Positions 48,756 through 61,301 of a stretch of DNA of 64,000 nt are shown here, piece by piece; position 1 is the first letter of the stretch; the number at the start of each line of letters is the position of its first letter. Source of the stretch: a virus. Its lineage: Duplodnaviria; Heunggongvirae; Uroviricota; Caudoviricetes. The notes under the pieces are model-generated. The model was not told the origin of the DNA. It searched no databases and worked only from the letters and a program-made list of their open reading frames with translations. Where the stretch lies: positions 1 to 64,000 of IMG/VR virus record IMGVR_UViG_2903405734_000002. One strand, 5' to 3'. The translations under genes and the position numbers were made by a program.

Positions 48756-49535
48756 ATGAAGAGATTAAAATTTGCAAAAGGTCTTTTTGTCTTAATTATT
48801 TGTTTGCCAACAAGTGCAATGTTAGCAACAGAAAAAAATGAAAGATATGAATTTAACATTCCTATTGCAATGGAAAAAACAGCAGATGAAAGCGGAAGGG
48901 AGTGGAAGGAGTTTATTATTTCTGCAAACTCAATTTTTAAGGATAGAATCAAGTATGGAAGCGTGTCATATTCGGGCATTAATGATGAAGAAAAATGGAA
49001 AACAGGAATGTGGCGTCTTAGCTTTCCAGGTGGAGTGAAATTAAAAAACAGTGAGCTACCAAAATCATTAATGGGAACAAAAATAATAGGTGATTTAATT
49101 TTATCAAATCAAGAACTAGCCGATGTTGATTTTTTGAGCGGCGTTGAAGAGGCTAGATACAACCTTTATATTGATGGAAATAAAATAAACAATCTTAAAG
49201 GGATGAGAAATCTTAAAAAGGTGCATTATGATGCGCTCATGTTAAGAAACAACAATCTTACAACTCTTGATGGGCTTCAAAGCCTAAGAGACATAAGGCA
49301 AATAACATTACATGGAAACCCATCTCTCTATGATATTTCAGCATTAAAAAATATTGAGTCTTATGGCACGGTATATTTTGACAAAATAGATCAATACAAG
49401 ATTAAGCCACGGAAAGGAAGTCCTTTTTGCAATAGCATAAAAAACAAAAAAGTATATGCAAAAGAAAGAGTTGTAGACAAAAAAGGAAATTATGTTGATG
49501 GGCCATTTCTAACAGAAGATCAGATCTGCATGTAA
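48756..49535 (+). CDS. secreted LRR-like protein, tandem family member 3
   Basis: Signal peptide. RYEFNIPIAMEKTADESGREWKEFI. GNPSLYDISALKNI. C-terminal IKPRKGSPFCNSIKNKKVYAK...EDQICM. Confidence 0.7.
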   Translation: MKRLKFAKGLFVLIICLPTSAMLATEKNERYEFNIPIAMEKTADESGREWKEFIISANSIFKDRIKYGSVSYSGINDEEKWKTGMWRLSFPGGVKLKNSELPKSLMGTKIIGDLILSNQELADVDFLSGVEEARYNLYIDGNKINNLKGMRNLKKVHYDALMLRNNNLTTLDGLQSLRDIRQITLHGNPSLYDISALKNIESYGTVYFDKIDQYKIKPRKGSPFCNSIKNKKVYAKERVVDKKGNYVDGPFLTEDQICM

Positions 49536-49549
49536 GGAAAGTATAAAAA

Positions 49550-50341
49550 ATGAATCTAAAAATGAAATCAACAACAATGAAATATTTAACTGCATGTCTA
49601 CCTTTCCTTTTGTGTTTTCCAGCAAGCGAAATATCAGCCGCAGGTGGGGGTGCGCGATATGAGTTTAAAATCCCTGTTGCAATGGAAAAAACAGCAGATG
49701 AAAGCGGAAGGGAATGGAGGGATTTTTTTCTATCTGCAAAGTCAAAATTTAAAGATAGGACTCAATATTCTTTCTTTCAATATAGCGATGTTAGTGATGA
49801 GGAATGGAAGAGAGGAGCGTGGTCGGTTAGTTTCGCAGGCGGACTTATATCAAATAGTGACCTGCCAAAATCATCACTTGGAACCAAGACGCTGGGTAGC
49901 TTCTCTATGTCACACCAAAGATTTACTAATGTTGATTTTTTAAGTGGCGTTGAAGAGTTAAGACGCGATCTGTATCTCGATGGAAATCAAATAGAAAATT
50001 TAAAAGGGATGAGAAATATAAAAAAGGCTTATTATCACAATTTAGTCCTAAGAAAAAACAAGCTAAAAAGCCTTGATGGGCTAGAAAACCTAAGACAGAT
50101 AAGACGCCTTGATGTGCATGGTAATCCAGAACTTGTAGACATCTCTGCAATAAAAAATATCGAATCACATGGAGTGGTTTATGTAGATGACATAAGGCAA
50201 TACAAAATAAAGCCACCAAAGGGCAGTCCTTTTTGCAATAGCATAAAAAACAGGAAAGTATTCGCAAGAGAACAGCTTTTAAATAAAAAAGGTGAGTATG
50301 TTGATGGGCAAGAGTTGACAGAAAGCCAAATCTGCATGTGA
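49550..50341 (+). CDS. secreted LRR-like protein, tandem family member 4
   Basis: Signal peptide. RYEFKIPVAMEKTADESGREWRDFF. GNPELVDISAIKNI. C-terminal IKPPKGSPFCNSIKNRKVFAR...ESQICM. Confidence 0.7.
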   Translation: MNLKMKSTTMKYLTACLPFLLCFPASEISAAGGGARYEFKIPVAMEKTADESGREWRDFFLSAKSKFKDRTQYSFFQYSDVSDEEWKRGAWSVSFAGGLISNSDLPKSSLGTKTLGSFSMSHQRFTNVDFLSGVEELRRDLYLDGNQIENLKGMRNIKKAYYHNLVLRKNKLKSLDGLENLRQIRRLDVHGNPELVDISAIKNIESHGVVYVDDIRQYKIKPPKGSPFCNSIKNRKVFAREQLLNKKGEYVDGQELTESQICM

Positions 50342-50433
50342 TCTTATAGGGTTGCTATGTTATGATGGATGAGTCCAGTAGACTACATTGCTTGTTTTTG
50401 ATACAATTAAATAAATAAAAAAAAGAGATAGTC

Positions 50434-50748
50434 ATGTCAAGAGAGCAAGAGAAGATTTACATTGATGATGTTCACCCGCTTGTAGAAAGAATTACCTTGA
50501 TTTGCAAGCAATCTGGCATGCCTATGTTTATGACATTTCAAGATGGAAGCGATAGCTTTAGGACTAGCTGTATCAACCAGGAAAACAGCCAGTTTGAAAA
50601 GCTAAAGCTTCACATGTTTGTAAATGAAACATGGTCTATTGATCAGCTTCTTAGCATGATTATTGAGGATGCAAAGAAAAATGGGCATGACTCATTGTAC
50701 CTAAAGGCAATGGGCATACCCAATAAGAACCAGCTTGCAAACAAGTGA
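50434..50748 (+). CDS. hypothetical protein (104 aa)
   Basis: ORF. Confidence 0.45.
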   Translation: MSREQEKIYIDDVHPLVERITLICKQSGMPMFMTFQDGSDSFRTSCINQENSQFEKLKLHMFVNETWSIDQLLSMIIEDAKKNGHDSLYLKAMGIPNKNQLANK

Positions 50749-50792
50749 GTATCTGTTTTGTTCCGGCATATCTGCCGAACAGTTCCAGTTCC

Positions 50793-51359
50793 TTACACCA
50801 CTTGCTCCATTTGTTTTTTTTGCTCAGCCATGGCTTTTTCAAAGCAGTCAAAAACGTATTTTGCGATCCTGAGACTATCCTGATCACAGTCTCCGCTTTT
50901 AGATAGCAACAAAAGCTCTTCGCTTGCAACAGAAACAATAATGGTCGCAAATCTTCCTCCATAGAGCCTCAAGCGAGAGATCGCCATGCTCATACCCTTG
51001 CTTGAGGATAAGTGCTGACAACGCTCTATGGTTGACTCTATTGCGGCCTGGTACTCGTAACTAGCATCCTGATCTCTTGTAATGGGCAGATAAGGCTTGA
51101 CCGCTTCAAAAGACTGGATCTTCCCAGGCATCTTGTCTTCTGCCTTGTATGCATGATATGCCCACGAGTAAATAATATCTGTGATATTAACTCGCCGACC
51201 TTCATCAATATCGGCAATCCGAGAAAGATGCTCATCGAAAGTAAGGAAGCCCGTCTTATATGAACGAGCTTCCTCCTTTGGCAAAGAAGAATACCAGGAC
51301 AGCAGTTTACTCCTGATCATGCAAATGACTCTAAAATGCGCCATCACGCTCTCCATCAA
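50793..51359 (-). CDS. hypothetical protein (188 aa)
   Basis: ORF. Confidence 0.5.
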   Translation of the reverse strand: MMESVMAHFRVICMIRSKLLSWYSSLPKEEARSYKTGFLTFDEHLSRIADIDEGRRVNITDIIYSWAYHAYKAEDKMPGKIQSFEAVKPYLPITRDQDASYEYQAAIESTIERCQHLSSSKGMSMAISRLRLYGGRFATIIVSVASEELLLLSKSGDCDQDSLRIAKYVFDCFEKAMAEQKKQMEQVV

Positions 51360-51427
51360 TGAATTTAACCACCGCCAAGGTATTATAATGCAATATTTAA
51401 AAAATGAAATAGTTTTTTTGATGAAAA

Positions 51428-52099
51428 CTATTCTTTAAATGCCTTAATGTAAAGTTTTACAAGCCAAACAAGAATATGATTTATGTGTGCCGCCATGAGG
51501 CATGTTACGTGGTGAGGTGGAAATTCCCTGTCCTCTACATATTTTGGCATTAAATGTGCAATGTAAACTGATGACAAAAATGAAAACAAAGATACCGACA
51601 TGGTTGCGCCATCTGGGAGTAGGCCAATAAACCCAGAAATCTGATAAAATCCGATTGATACCGCTCCAATCAGAAGAACCTCATGAAATAGCTTGTGCTT
51701 CCTTTTTGTGATCGACATTGCAAAAGACATGGTGATCATGGATGCCATCAGCGAGTACACATAGAAAATAACCTGAATAAAATCAGCACTAAAAAGTGCA
51801 GCAAGATATGGCACTGTCACCGCGCTACCAGCCAGAGTGAAAAATGCCAGCGGCCTCATTCCTGGTCTTCTCTTCATGATTTTGTAGAATGCGTAAACCA
51901 TAGCCGAGATGGTAAAGAACGCCCCCATAAATGACAGGGTGCTTTCTTTGAGGATTGCTGTTAACCCCATGAAATCACTGATAAATGATGATGTTGTTGC
52001 GGCAGCAAAAATCCAGAAGAAATAAAGATATACATCTCGATATGTAGACACTTTTACTGATGGTTGCGAATGAAAGTGTTCTTGTAGTTTATGGAACAT
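51428..52099 (-). CDS. polytopic membrane protein (223 aa, about 6 TM)
   Basis: Highly hydrophobic. Confidence 0.55.
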   Translation of the reverse strand: MFHKLQEHFHSQPSVKVSTYRDVYLYFFWIFAAATTSSFISDFMGLTAILKESTLSFMGAFFTISAMVYAFYKIMKRRPGMRPLAFFTLAGSAVTVPYLAALFSADFIQVIFYVYSLMASMITMSFAMSITKRKHKLFHEVLLIGAVSIGFYQISGFIGLLPDGATMSVSLFSFLSSVYIAHLMPKYVEDREFPPHHVTCLMAAHINHILVWLVKLYIKAFKE

Positions 52100-52245
52100 T
52101 TGATAACCCCTTTTATTATTATGGTAGGGGGTTTATTTTATCATCACCATGAGAATCATTCAAACAGATAGAATTCGATTTTTATTGACAATAATAATGC
52201 TGCATATATAATCAAATAAAATAATCAGCATTCAAAGAGAGGGTT

Positions 52246-52602
52246 TTGATGGAACATATCGAATTTGTTGCACTGTATCGTGGCAAAAAGCTGAATCTTG
52301 CCTATAACGTAAAAAAAGCATCCAAGGTTTTTTGTGATGCCTTCCCTGAGCACGGCTTGTCCTGGTTGATGCAGAAGTTCATTAAGCTGCGTCAAAATGT
52401 GTACCTGCTGGGTTTTCTGGCTCTTATGTGCTTGCTTTCTCCATGGAAAGGATTGGTGTTTATCGTTGCCATTTATGCACTGTGTCAGCTGGGTGCTGAG
52501 AAGATGATCCGCCGCTACATCGAGGATAACATGGTAAGCAACGAGAAATTTTACCAGGCCATGATCCAGAACCAAGTCGTTTTCATCGCGAAACACGATT
52601 AA
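52246..52602 (+). CDS. small membrane protein (118 aa)
   Basis: ORF with 2 TM. Terminator 52613-52640. Confidence 0.45.
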   Translation: MMEHIEFVALYRGKKLNLAYNVKKASKVFCDAFPEHGLSWLMQKFIKLRQNVYLLGFLALMCLLSPWKGLVFIVAIYALCQLGAEKMIRRYIEDNMVSNEKFYQAMIQNQVVFIAKHD

Positions 52603-52638
52603 TCCCGATCAGAAAAAGGGGCCTTTCGGCCCCTTTTT

Positions 52639-53547
52639 TTATTTTATTTTTGACAAAATAAACTTCTTGAATTGCTCCGTCTCGTCTGCAATTAGGGCAT
52701 CAACAACAAACCGATGTCCTTTTTTCTTTCCTGAAATATCTGAAATCAGATGAGAAAAACGAATGCCTTCAATCGATTTCACATTGGAAAACACAAACTC
52801 AGTATGGTTTTCGCCGCCATGAATTTCGTAATAGACTGGGGCCTCTTCATGCAGTCTATCATCCAGAGCTTCCTTAAGTTGCTCAAAGTATTTTTTTGTC
52901 AATGACTTTGCATTGGATAATTCAGCCTCTTTGCCACCAGCATTTATGCTTGTAACTCTAGCAAGTCGCATTGAGAGTTCATCAGCTTCTAAGTCAGCAG
53001 CGAGATGTGTAAACAGAGTCTCTTTTTTGTTTGGGATGGCTTTGTTGATAATCTTTACTGCATTTGCTCTGACTTTTTTACAGATGTAGTGAGATAGAGA
53101 TGTTAGCTCGGCAGTCCTGTAATTATCCTTGTTGATATAGCTAAAGAAAACAGATTGAATTCCAAGCGGTCTTGGTTTGGTTACGTTTGCGTCTTGCTGC
53201 CCAGAGTCTCTCTTGAAAAGAAACTCCCTAAAGTCATAGCTTTCAAGCAGGTTTAACTCATTCATAACCGTCAGCATGTCTACCTCGTCATTAAGGAGGA
53301 TCCGATGCTCGCCAAGGCCCGCAACAAGAGATAGGTAATAGCCATATAGCTCAGCCCTAACAAATTGGTTGTCTTCAAGACCTTTTTCCAAGATCTCTTT
53401 GTCTACAATCTTCTCGATGTAAGAGTCCAGGGCACTTCTGTTTTCTGATGCTATCGTCAATCTGGCGCAGTTCTGTGATTCAGCATCGAGACTGAAAAAA
53501 TCTGGCCTATGACCAAGAAGAAAATGCGTTAATTTTAGACTGTTCAC
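52639..53547 (-). CDS. hypothetical protein (302 aa)
   Basis: ORF. Confidence 0.55.
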   Translation of the reverse strand: MNSLKLTHFLLGHRPDFFSLDAESQNCARLTIASENRSALDSYIEKIVDKEILEKGLEDNQFVRAELYGYYLSLVAGLGEHRILLNDEVDMLTVMNELNLLESYDFREFLFKRDSGQQDANVTKPRPLGIQSVFFSYINKDNYRTAELTSLSHYICKKVRANAVKIINKAIPNKKETLFTHLAADLEADELSMRLARVTSINAGGKEAELSNAKSLTKKYFEQLKEALDDRLHEEAPVYYEIHGGENHTEFVFSNVKSIEGIRFSHLISDISGKKKGHRFVVDALIADETEQFKKFILSKIK

Positions 53548-53713
53548 TTATGCGCTCCAAGAATATCTCATTACAGAGAATTATAGTTTTATTTTTGATT
53601 GTGACAACCAAAAACACTGCAACATTATTCTTGACATAAACAAATGTTGTCTTTTAATTATTTATGGTGTAATTTATTCGTATGGTTAAAATAAGAACAA
53701 TAAAGGTAAATAT

Positions 53714-54343
53714 ATGAAAAAAAGCATTTTATCGTGCATTATGATTCTTGGTATTTCTGCGTTTAGTTCTGCTGCTATGGCATCGAGAAATGATAGTAAT
53801 GACATGTCATCTCAAAACGATATCAATGGCGAATACTACAAGAAAAAAATGATCGAGCAGTGCGGGCATGTATCCGAAGTTGGAATGAGTAGTGTCTTCG
53901 GTGAAAAGGCATATCACGAAAAATTTTATCCAGAGCTTGGCACATTCTCGTCTGAGCTTGACCGGATCAAAACAATTGATGGCAACACGTATGCATCCAT
54001 TACTGGTGTCTTTAGGCAGGCCAAGCAAGATAAGGATGATCTAAGGCTGGGACTGATCCAAAACCAGAACATGAGAAACAGAAATATCGTCAATCTAAGC
54101 GTGAACCAGAGCGGGCAAAGCAAAGTTGAGCAGTTGTATGCCCAGGTTCAGACAGAGCTGCTTCAACGAGAGGCAACTGTTATGCAGAGAGCAGCTGATA
54201 GCGTGATGAGCATCATCCAGGGGGATGGCAGAAGGTCATACGGCCCTAATGGAAATGGCGGAGTGCCAAGCACTTATGACAAATGGCAGCAATGTCAGAA
54301 GTGGTGGGTCTACGAGAAAAAACTAAGCCCTTGGAATAACTAA
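53714..54343 (+). CDS. secreted hypothetical protein (209 aa)
   Basis: Signal peptide MKKSILSCIMILGISAFSSAAMA. Terminator 54361-54390. Confidence 0.55.
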   Translation: MKKSILSCIMILGISAFSSAAMASRNDSNDMSSQNDINGEYYKKKMIEQCGHVSEVGMSSVFGEKAYHEKFYPELGTFSSELDRIKTIDGNTYASITGVFRQAKQDKDDLRLGLIQNQNMRNRNIVNLSVNQSGQSKVEQLYAQVQTELLQREATVMQRAADSVMSIIQGDGRRSYGPNGNGGVPSTYDKWQQCQKWWVYEKKLSPWNN

Positions 54344-54392
54344 GCGGGGTAGGGGATGCTAGTTGGCCGCCATAAGGCGGCCAACTCTTTGG

Positions 54393-55817
54393 TTAGATTG
54401 TATTTCGCCTGCCTGGAAGTACCTCTCCCAAGTTTTTGGCACCGACAAACACAGGGGCAATGAAGACTAGCTTCATGAGCTTGTTCTCGGCCCCGTAGTG
54501 CTGGCCTCTCCAGTGTGGCCCACGCCAGTGAGGTGACACCTTCCGCTTATCTGTTGGCGAGTCATTGAGGTATTGTTTGACCGATGCCTGATCACTCTCG
54601 TTTGAGTGGAAGTGAAGCCTGGTAAAGGACGGTAATGCTGCCTCTTTTTGGATTTTGACACCAAGTTTTTTGGGGTTTGTTTTGTTGATCGGCGGCATTG
54701 GCCCCTGATCTACAACAGTTGAAACAAACTCTTTCCTGGCATAGTTGCTGTTAACAAAGAGCAAGATTGACGCAGCATATCGAACCAGCGCGATTGTGTC
54801 TTGTGAGCGCCGATCATCTTCATACTCCATGAGCTCAACGCCAGATTCTGCCTCCATCATTAGGGCAAGCATGTTTTTGTCGATCTCGTAATCATCGAGC
54901 AAGGCGCTTGTGATCGAGTCGATTAGTGATCTCTCAAGGTCTTTGATTAGAACGTTTATGAACATGGTGGCATCATCAAAGTAGCGATCACCCTCATGCG
55001 GCTTGCCATTGAAGTAGAAGCAAATCCTTGTGAATGGGGTTTCTTCTGTGATACCAGCAGACTCAATCATTTTAGGGGAGTAGTGTCTTGTGGCCCCACT
55101 ATGAGCCTCATGATCATCCCTGAATATCGTTATCGTCTCAAGATCGTGCCAGCCAGTTGCTGCATTAAATAGGCGAAGGCCGCTATCTGCCGGAACCTCT
55201 ATCAGGGTCATTGCCCTGGTAGGAATAACCATTTTAGAGGGAACCTTATCAGTGATCTTGGTAATGCTCATGAGATCAGATACGGTCTTGGATACCTTGA
55301 AGTGATCCATGCACAGAGACTTCTGGCCTACTATCTTCAATTCAGCAAGCACGGTTGCTGGACTTCCCCAAAAGTCATTTATCGTCTTAAGCATCGCTGG
55401 ATTGCCATGCATCTCAACAAGGGCATCAGCTATCGCTTTCGCTTCATTTGTAACGATGTCGATTGATCTTCCTTCCAGGAAAATCCCGCTCAGCATGAGG
55501 ATGTCCATTGCCACATGAAACGGCGATTGAAACGAAAATAGCCCCATGCCAAAAACGGTTGGCAACGGGATCAGACCTGCAAATCGCTCTGATGCTGTTA
55601 CTTTGTTTTTAAATGGAGTGGTGTTGTCATAGAGCTTTGCCTTCTTGAAAACCTGCTCATTGAAGTAATCTCTGTTCTTGAGCATCATTTCGTAATGCAG
55701 CGCCATTGTCTGCGTAATTACTTTTTTCTTGGCAAGCTCCCTGATCTTGTCAGAAACAAACTTTTCATTCGAATAGTTACTAAAAACAACACCCAGATTA
55801 TTCATCTTGCTCACCAT
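54393..55817 (-). CDS. hypothetical protein (about 475 aa)
   Basis: Long ORF. The annotated N-terminal extension to 56090 overlaps the CpxP-like gene and a terminator hairpin (55894-55920), so the start was moved to MVSKMNNLG. Confidence 0.55.
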   Translation of the reverse strand: MVSKMNNLGVVFSNYSNEKFVSDKIRELAKKKVITQTMALHYEMMLKNRDYFNEQVFKKAKLYDNTTPFKNKVTASERFAGLIPLPTVFGMGLFSFQSPFHVAMDILMLSGIFLEGRSIDIVTNEAKAIADALVEMHGNPAMLKTINDFWGSPATVLAELKIVGQKSLCMDHFKVSKTVSDLMSITKITDKVPSKMVIPTRAMTLIEVPADSGLRLFNAATGWHDLETITIFRDDHEAHSGATRHYSPKMIESAGITEETPFTRICFYFNGKPHEGDRYFDDATMFINVLIKDLERSLIDSITSALLDDYEIDKNMLALMMEAESGVELMEYEDDRRSQDTIALVRYAASILLFVNSNYARKEFVSTVVDQGPMPPINKTNPKKLGVKIQKEAALPSFTRLHFHSNESDQASVKQYLNDSPTDKRKVSPHWRGPHWRGQHYGAENKLMKLVFIAPVFVGAKNLGEVLPGRRNTI

Positions 55818-55939
55818 TTCGATAGAAGTGAAGGCATTATACACAAAACCTAATAAGACTAACAAGAGAAGTATAAGGAGTGTTTTGCATACAAAAAGCC
55901 CATCTTGAGATGGGCCTTGTTGGATAGTTGTTTTTTTCT

Positions 55940-56524
55940 TTATCTGGTCGTCTTGTTGAGCGTTTTGTATTGAGCAAACTGTTCGGCTGTAAGAATGGAT
56001 TTTACAGCGGTAATGTGTCTCTCTTTTTCTTTTGCAATGAATTTTCTGGCAGTGATAATATCGGTCATTTCTTGTTTCGTGAATTTGCATCCTTTATGGG
56101 ATGTTTCTTTCTTGGTTAGTTCGCCAGCCATCACTTCATCGTAAGGGGAAACTGGTGGCTCGATCAATTCCTTTGATTCTTGGGTAACGGCAATTTCTTT
56201 GGGGCAATCTGCCTTTTTGATGTTGTGTCGATGAAGAGCCCTGATTGCCCTTAATGTGTCCTTGTGCTTGCTCATTTCTCTTTCAAGATTAACCCTTTGT
56301 TCATTTGAAAGATTAAGAGATTCCATCTTTTTAATGAGTTCTTCTCTGGCCTGGCTCTTTCCATGTCTAGCGTGACTGGTATTAATGTCTTTTTCGTCAG
56401 ATGGGCGAATATGCGCAGATTTATCAGAAGAATTATCTGACGCAGGGCCACCAGCATAGGCAGATGAAATGCTGCTAATAGTAATGAGAGATGCAGCCAT
56501 AAATGACAAGATATGTTTTTTCAT
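55940..56524 (-). CDS. periplasmic CpxP/Spy-like (LTxxQ motif) protein
   Basis: Signal peptide MKKHILSFMAASLITISSISSAYA. C-terminal LTAEQFAQYKTL. Terminator downstream at 55894-55920. Confidence 0.5.
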   Translation of the reverse strand: MKKHILSFMAASLITISSISSAYAGGPASDNSSDKSAHIRPSDEKDINTSHARHGKSQAREELIKKMESLNLSNEQRVNLEREMSKHKDTLRAIRALHRHNIKKADCPKEIAVTQESKELIEPPVSPYDEVMAGELTKKETSHKGCKFTKQEMTDIITARKFIAKEKERHITAVKSILTAEQFAQYKTLNKTTR

Positions 56525-56658
56525 AAAGCGTACCTTTTATTGTTATTATAATAAATCGCTATCTAAATACGACTTAATATTACACATTTAATTTATATAT
56601 ATCAAGCAATATATAAAAAAGGCGCGTTTTTCAACGCGCCTTTTAAATTTACCAGAAA

Positions 56659-59146
<2,488 letters not shown>

Positions 59147-59230
59147 TGTGGAGATATGCCTCAACCTAAAAAAATGAACCAATGGCAATAAAAAAGACCC
59201 CTTCAAGAGGGGTCTTTCTTCTGATAGGAA

Positions 59231-60313
59231 TTACTCCCCATCATTCTCTTCTTCGCTGTCGCTGTCGCCTTCGACTGGCTCAACAGGCTCCACTGGTTCT
59301 TGCTTGGCAGAGAAGCCTTCCTTGAGCTTTTTCAGCTCGGCAACCAGCTCAGGAGTCAGGGTGACGGTCTGTGCTTCATCGGTATCCACCAGCAGTTCTG
59401 CCAGTTGAGAAACCACATTCACAGTGCTCTCCTTGACCTTCTTGGTGAAGCGAACCACAGGCTTGTCCATCGCCTTATCCAGCTCTTTGCGAGAGATACG
59501 GATCTCAGGAGCGGTCTTTTTGACCTCAACCTCAGTCTCAACATCAGTCTCAGTCTCGGTGTCAGACAGAGCAGCTTCATTAGGCTGGGCAACCTCGGCA
59601 GTCTCATTCAGAAGACGCTCAAAGTCCTTCTTCTTCTGCTCGATGATGCCATCAATAAGCTCCATTGCCTTGGTTTCACCATACTTGCGAACAACCTCCA
59701 GGGCATTGCTGTACGGAATGACTTCGCTAGTGATGTAGCCCTGCAAGCGGTAAGGCAGGCTTGCGATAGAGCGGATGTTGCGAATGTGCTGAACACTGCA
59801 ATTACGCTTGGCAGCGAGATCTTCATCAGTAAGACCAAGCGCAGTCAGGCGAGTGAACACATCTGCCTGCTCCACATAATCCAGAGGCAGACCATCCTGG
59901 GAAGTCAGGATCAGCATCAGCTGAGCAACATCATTACCCTGGAATGGGATGCACTGCACAAACTTGAACTCCAGACCATCTTCTTCGATTGCCTGACGCA
60001 GAGCGATCATTCGGCAGTGACCATCACCTACATACAGATGACCATCCTTGATGCGCACACGGATGGGCGGGATCTGAGTCGGATCGGTATTCCACTGACG
60101 GCGCAGAGAAGCGATGTGCTTGAGCTTTTTCTTGGTGCCATAATCTTTACGAGCGTTAAAGCCAGGCTCAATCTCAATAAGATGAGGAGAAACCAACCAG
60201 AGGTCATTCTTTTTGACTTCCTCAGGCTTAAACTTCTTGAGGGCAGCCATGGAAGTAACGAATACGGGATTAGCTTCTGCTTGCGGTTGTTGTTCTACGA
60301 TGTTGCTGGTCAT
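59231..60313 (-). CDS. ParB/Srx-fold (ParB-like nuclease) domain protein with acidic C-terminal tail
   Basis: LIEIEPGFNARKD...IPPIRVRIKDGHLYVGDGHCRMIA (ParB N-terminal domain signature). C-terminal EPVEPVEPVEGDSDSEEEN. Confidence 0.65.
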   Translation of the reverse strand: MTSNIVEQQPQAEANPVFVTSMAALKKFKPEEVKKNDLWLVSPHLIEIEPGFNARKDYGTKKKLKHIASLRRQWNTDPTQIPPIRVRIKDGHLYVGDGHCRMIALRQAIEEDGLEFKFVQCIPFQGNDVAQLMLILTSQDGLPLDYVEQADVFTRLTALGLTDEDLAAKRNCSVQHIRNIRSIASLPYRLQGYITSEVIPYSNALEVVRKYGETKAMELIDGIIEQKKKDFERLLNETAEVAQPNEAALSDTETETDVETEVEVKKTAPEIRISRKELDKAMDKPVVRFTKKVKESTVNVVSQLAELLVDTDEAQTVTLTPELVAELKKLKEGFSAKQEPVEPVEPVEGDSDSEEENDGE

Positions 60314-60687
60314 AACTGCCTCTCTATTACTATTATTGAGTTTATGTTAGCGAACCGCCAAAACAACTTCATCCGGCTACCCGCCTGGGCTGTATCGCTC
60401 ACTTGATGGATACACTATACCTGACGAGGTAATTATTTTCAAGTATAATAAATAAGAAATATCAAAAAAAATCAATTTAGGCATGGTGCGGCGAAGGGAG
60501 GGCAGAAAGAGAGGGAGAACTGGCTTCTGATGAACGCAAAGCGTTGATAAAAAATAAATGGCACTTTCTATTGACGATTGAGTTGCCAACACTAATATGT
60601 CAATTAGGAGCTCGTGTTATCCCCCAATGCCACAAGTTCTGCAACTAGCAAGAGGCCAGCACTACCCCGAGTGCTGGCCTTTTTGTT

Positions 60688-61293
60688 TTACATCAAGAGA
60701 CTGGCGCTTGAAATTTTTTTAATTAGCTGTATATCAAAATCGATGTATTCACAGGAGAATGATTCCCGTTCAATACCGTCATTTTTTCTGTAAATAGACA
60801 AATCCAAATTGCCTTTTTTAGATCGTGATATGTGGATGTTCGCAAGATACGTTTTTCCATCCTCATCTTTAAGGATCACATCATTGAATTTGGTCACAGA
60901 ATCTGGTGCATTCCCACCAAGGACATCTTGAGATTCTGAGTTTAAAAAGTCCAATACATAATCTTTGAGTCCATAGATATGGAAAGGAAGAATGATCCCT
61001 ACGTTTGTCATAGCGCCAGCAAGGGCTTCTTCGCTCTCATTGAAGTAAGACCAAGGATAGCAGTTGTCTGGAGACTCAAAGAATGACTTTAGTTCAATTA
61101 GATCTGAATGCATTCCACCATTGAAAAGAATGATGGTTTTGTGGCCTGTTGCCCACTCAACGTAGGTTTCCCTAGCATAATCATCCTCTTTTTCGTCAGC
61201 ATACTTAATAGCAAGCTTATCCTGAACGTGATCCGCTTGAACCCCCGCCTGAACTCCGGTGAGGAACATGTTTTGAAAATGATAACAGCGCAT
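60688..61293 (-). CDS. hypothetical protein (201 aa), third gene of RNA-repair-like cassette
   Basis: AAGGA RBS. 8-bp gap after the HD-Pnk stop. Confidence 0.55.
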   Translation of the reverse strand: MRCYHFQNMFLTGVQAGVQADHVQDKLAIKYADEKEDDYARETYVEWATGHKTIILFNGGMHSDLIELKSFFESPDNCYPWSYFNESEEALAGAMTNVGIILPFHIYGLKDYVLDFLNSESQDVLGGNAPDSVTKFNDVILKDEDGKTYLANIHISRSKKGNLDLSIYRKNDGIERESFSCEYIDFDIQLIKKISSASLLM

Positions 61294-61301
61294 AATTTTC
61301 C

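Noticed and set aside
54393-56090. Full-length 565-aa version of the minus-strand ORF
   Set aside because: N-terminal 90 codons overlap the same-strand CpxP-like gene and its terminator. Shortened to start at 55817.
59300-60406. 368-aa plus-strand ORF
   Set aside because: Antisense to the ParB-like gene. Leu/Ser-rich product typical of reverse-strand translation of an acidic protein gene.
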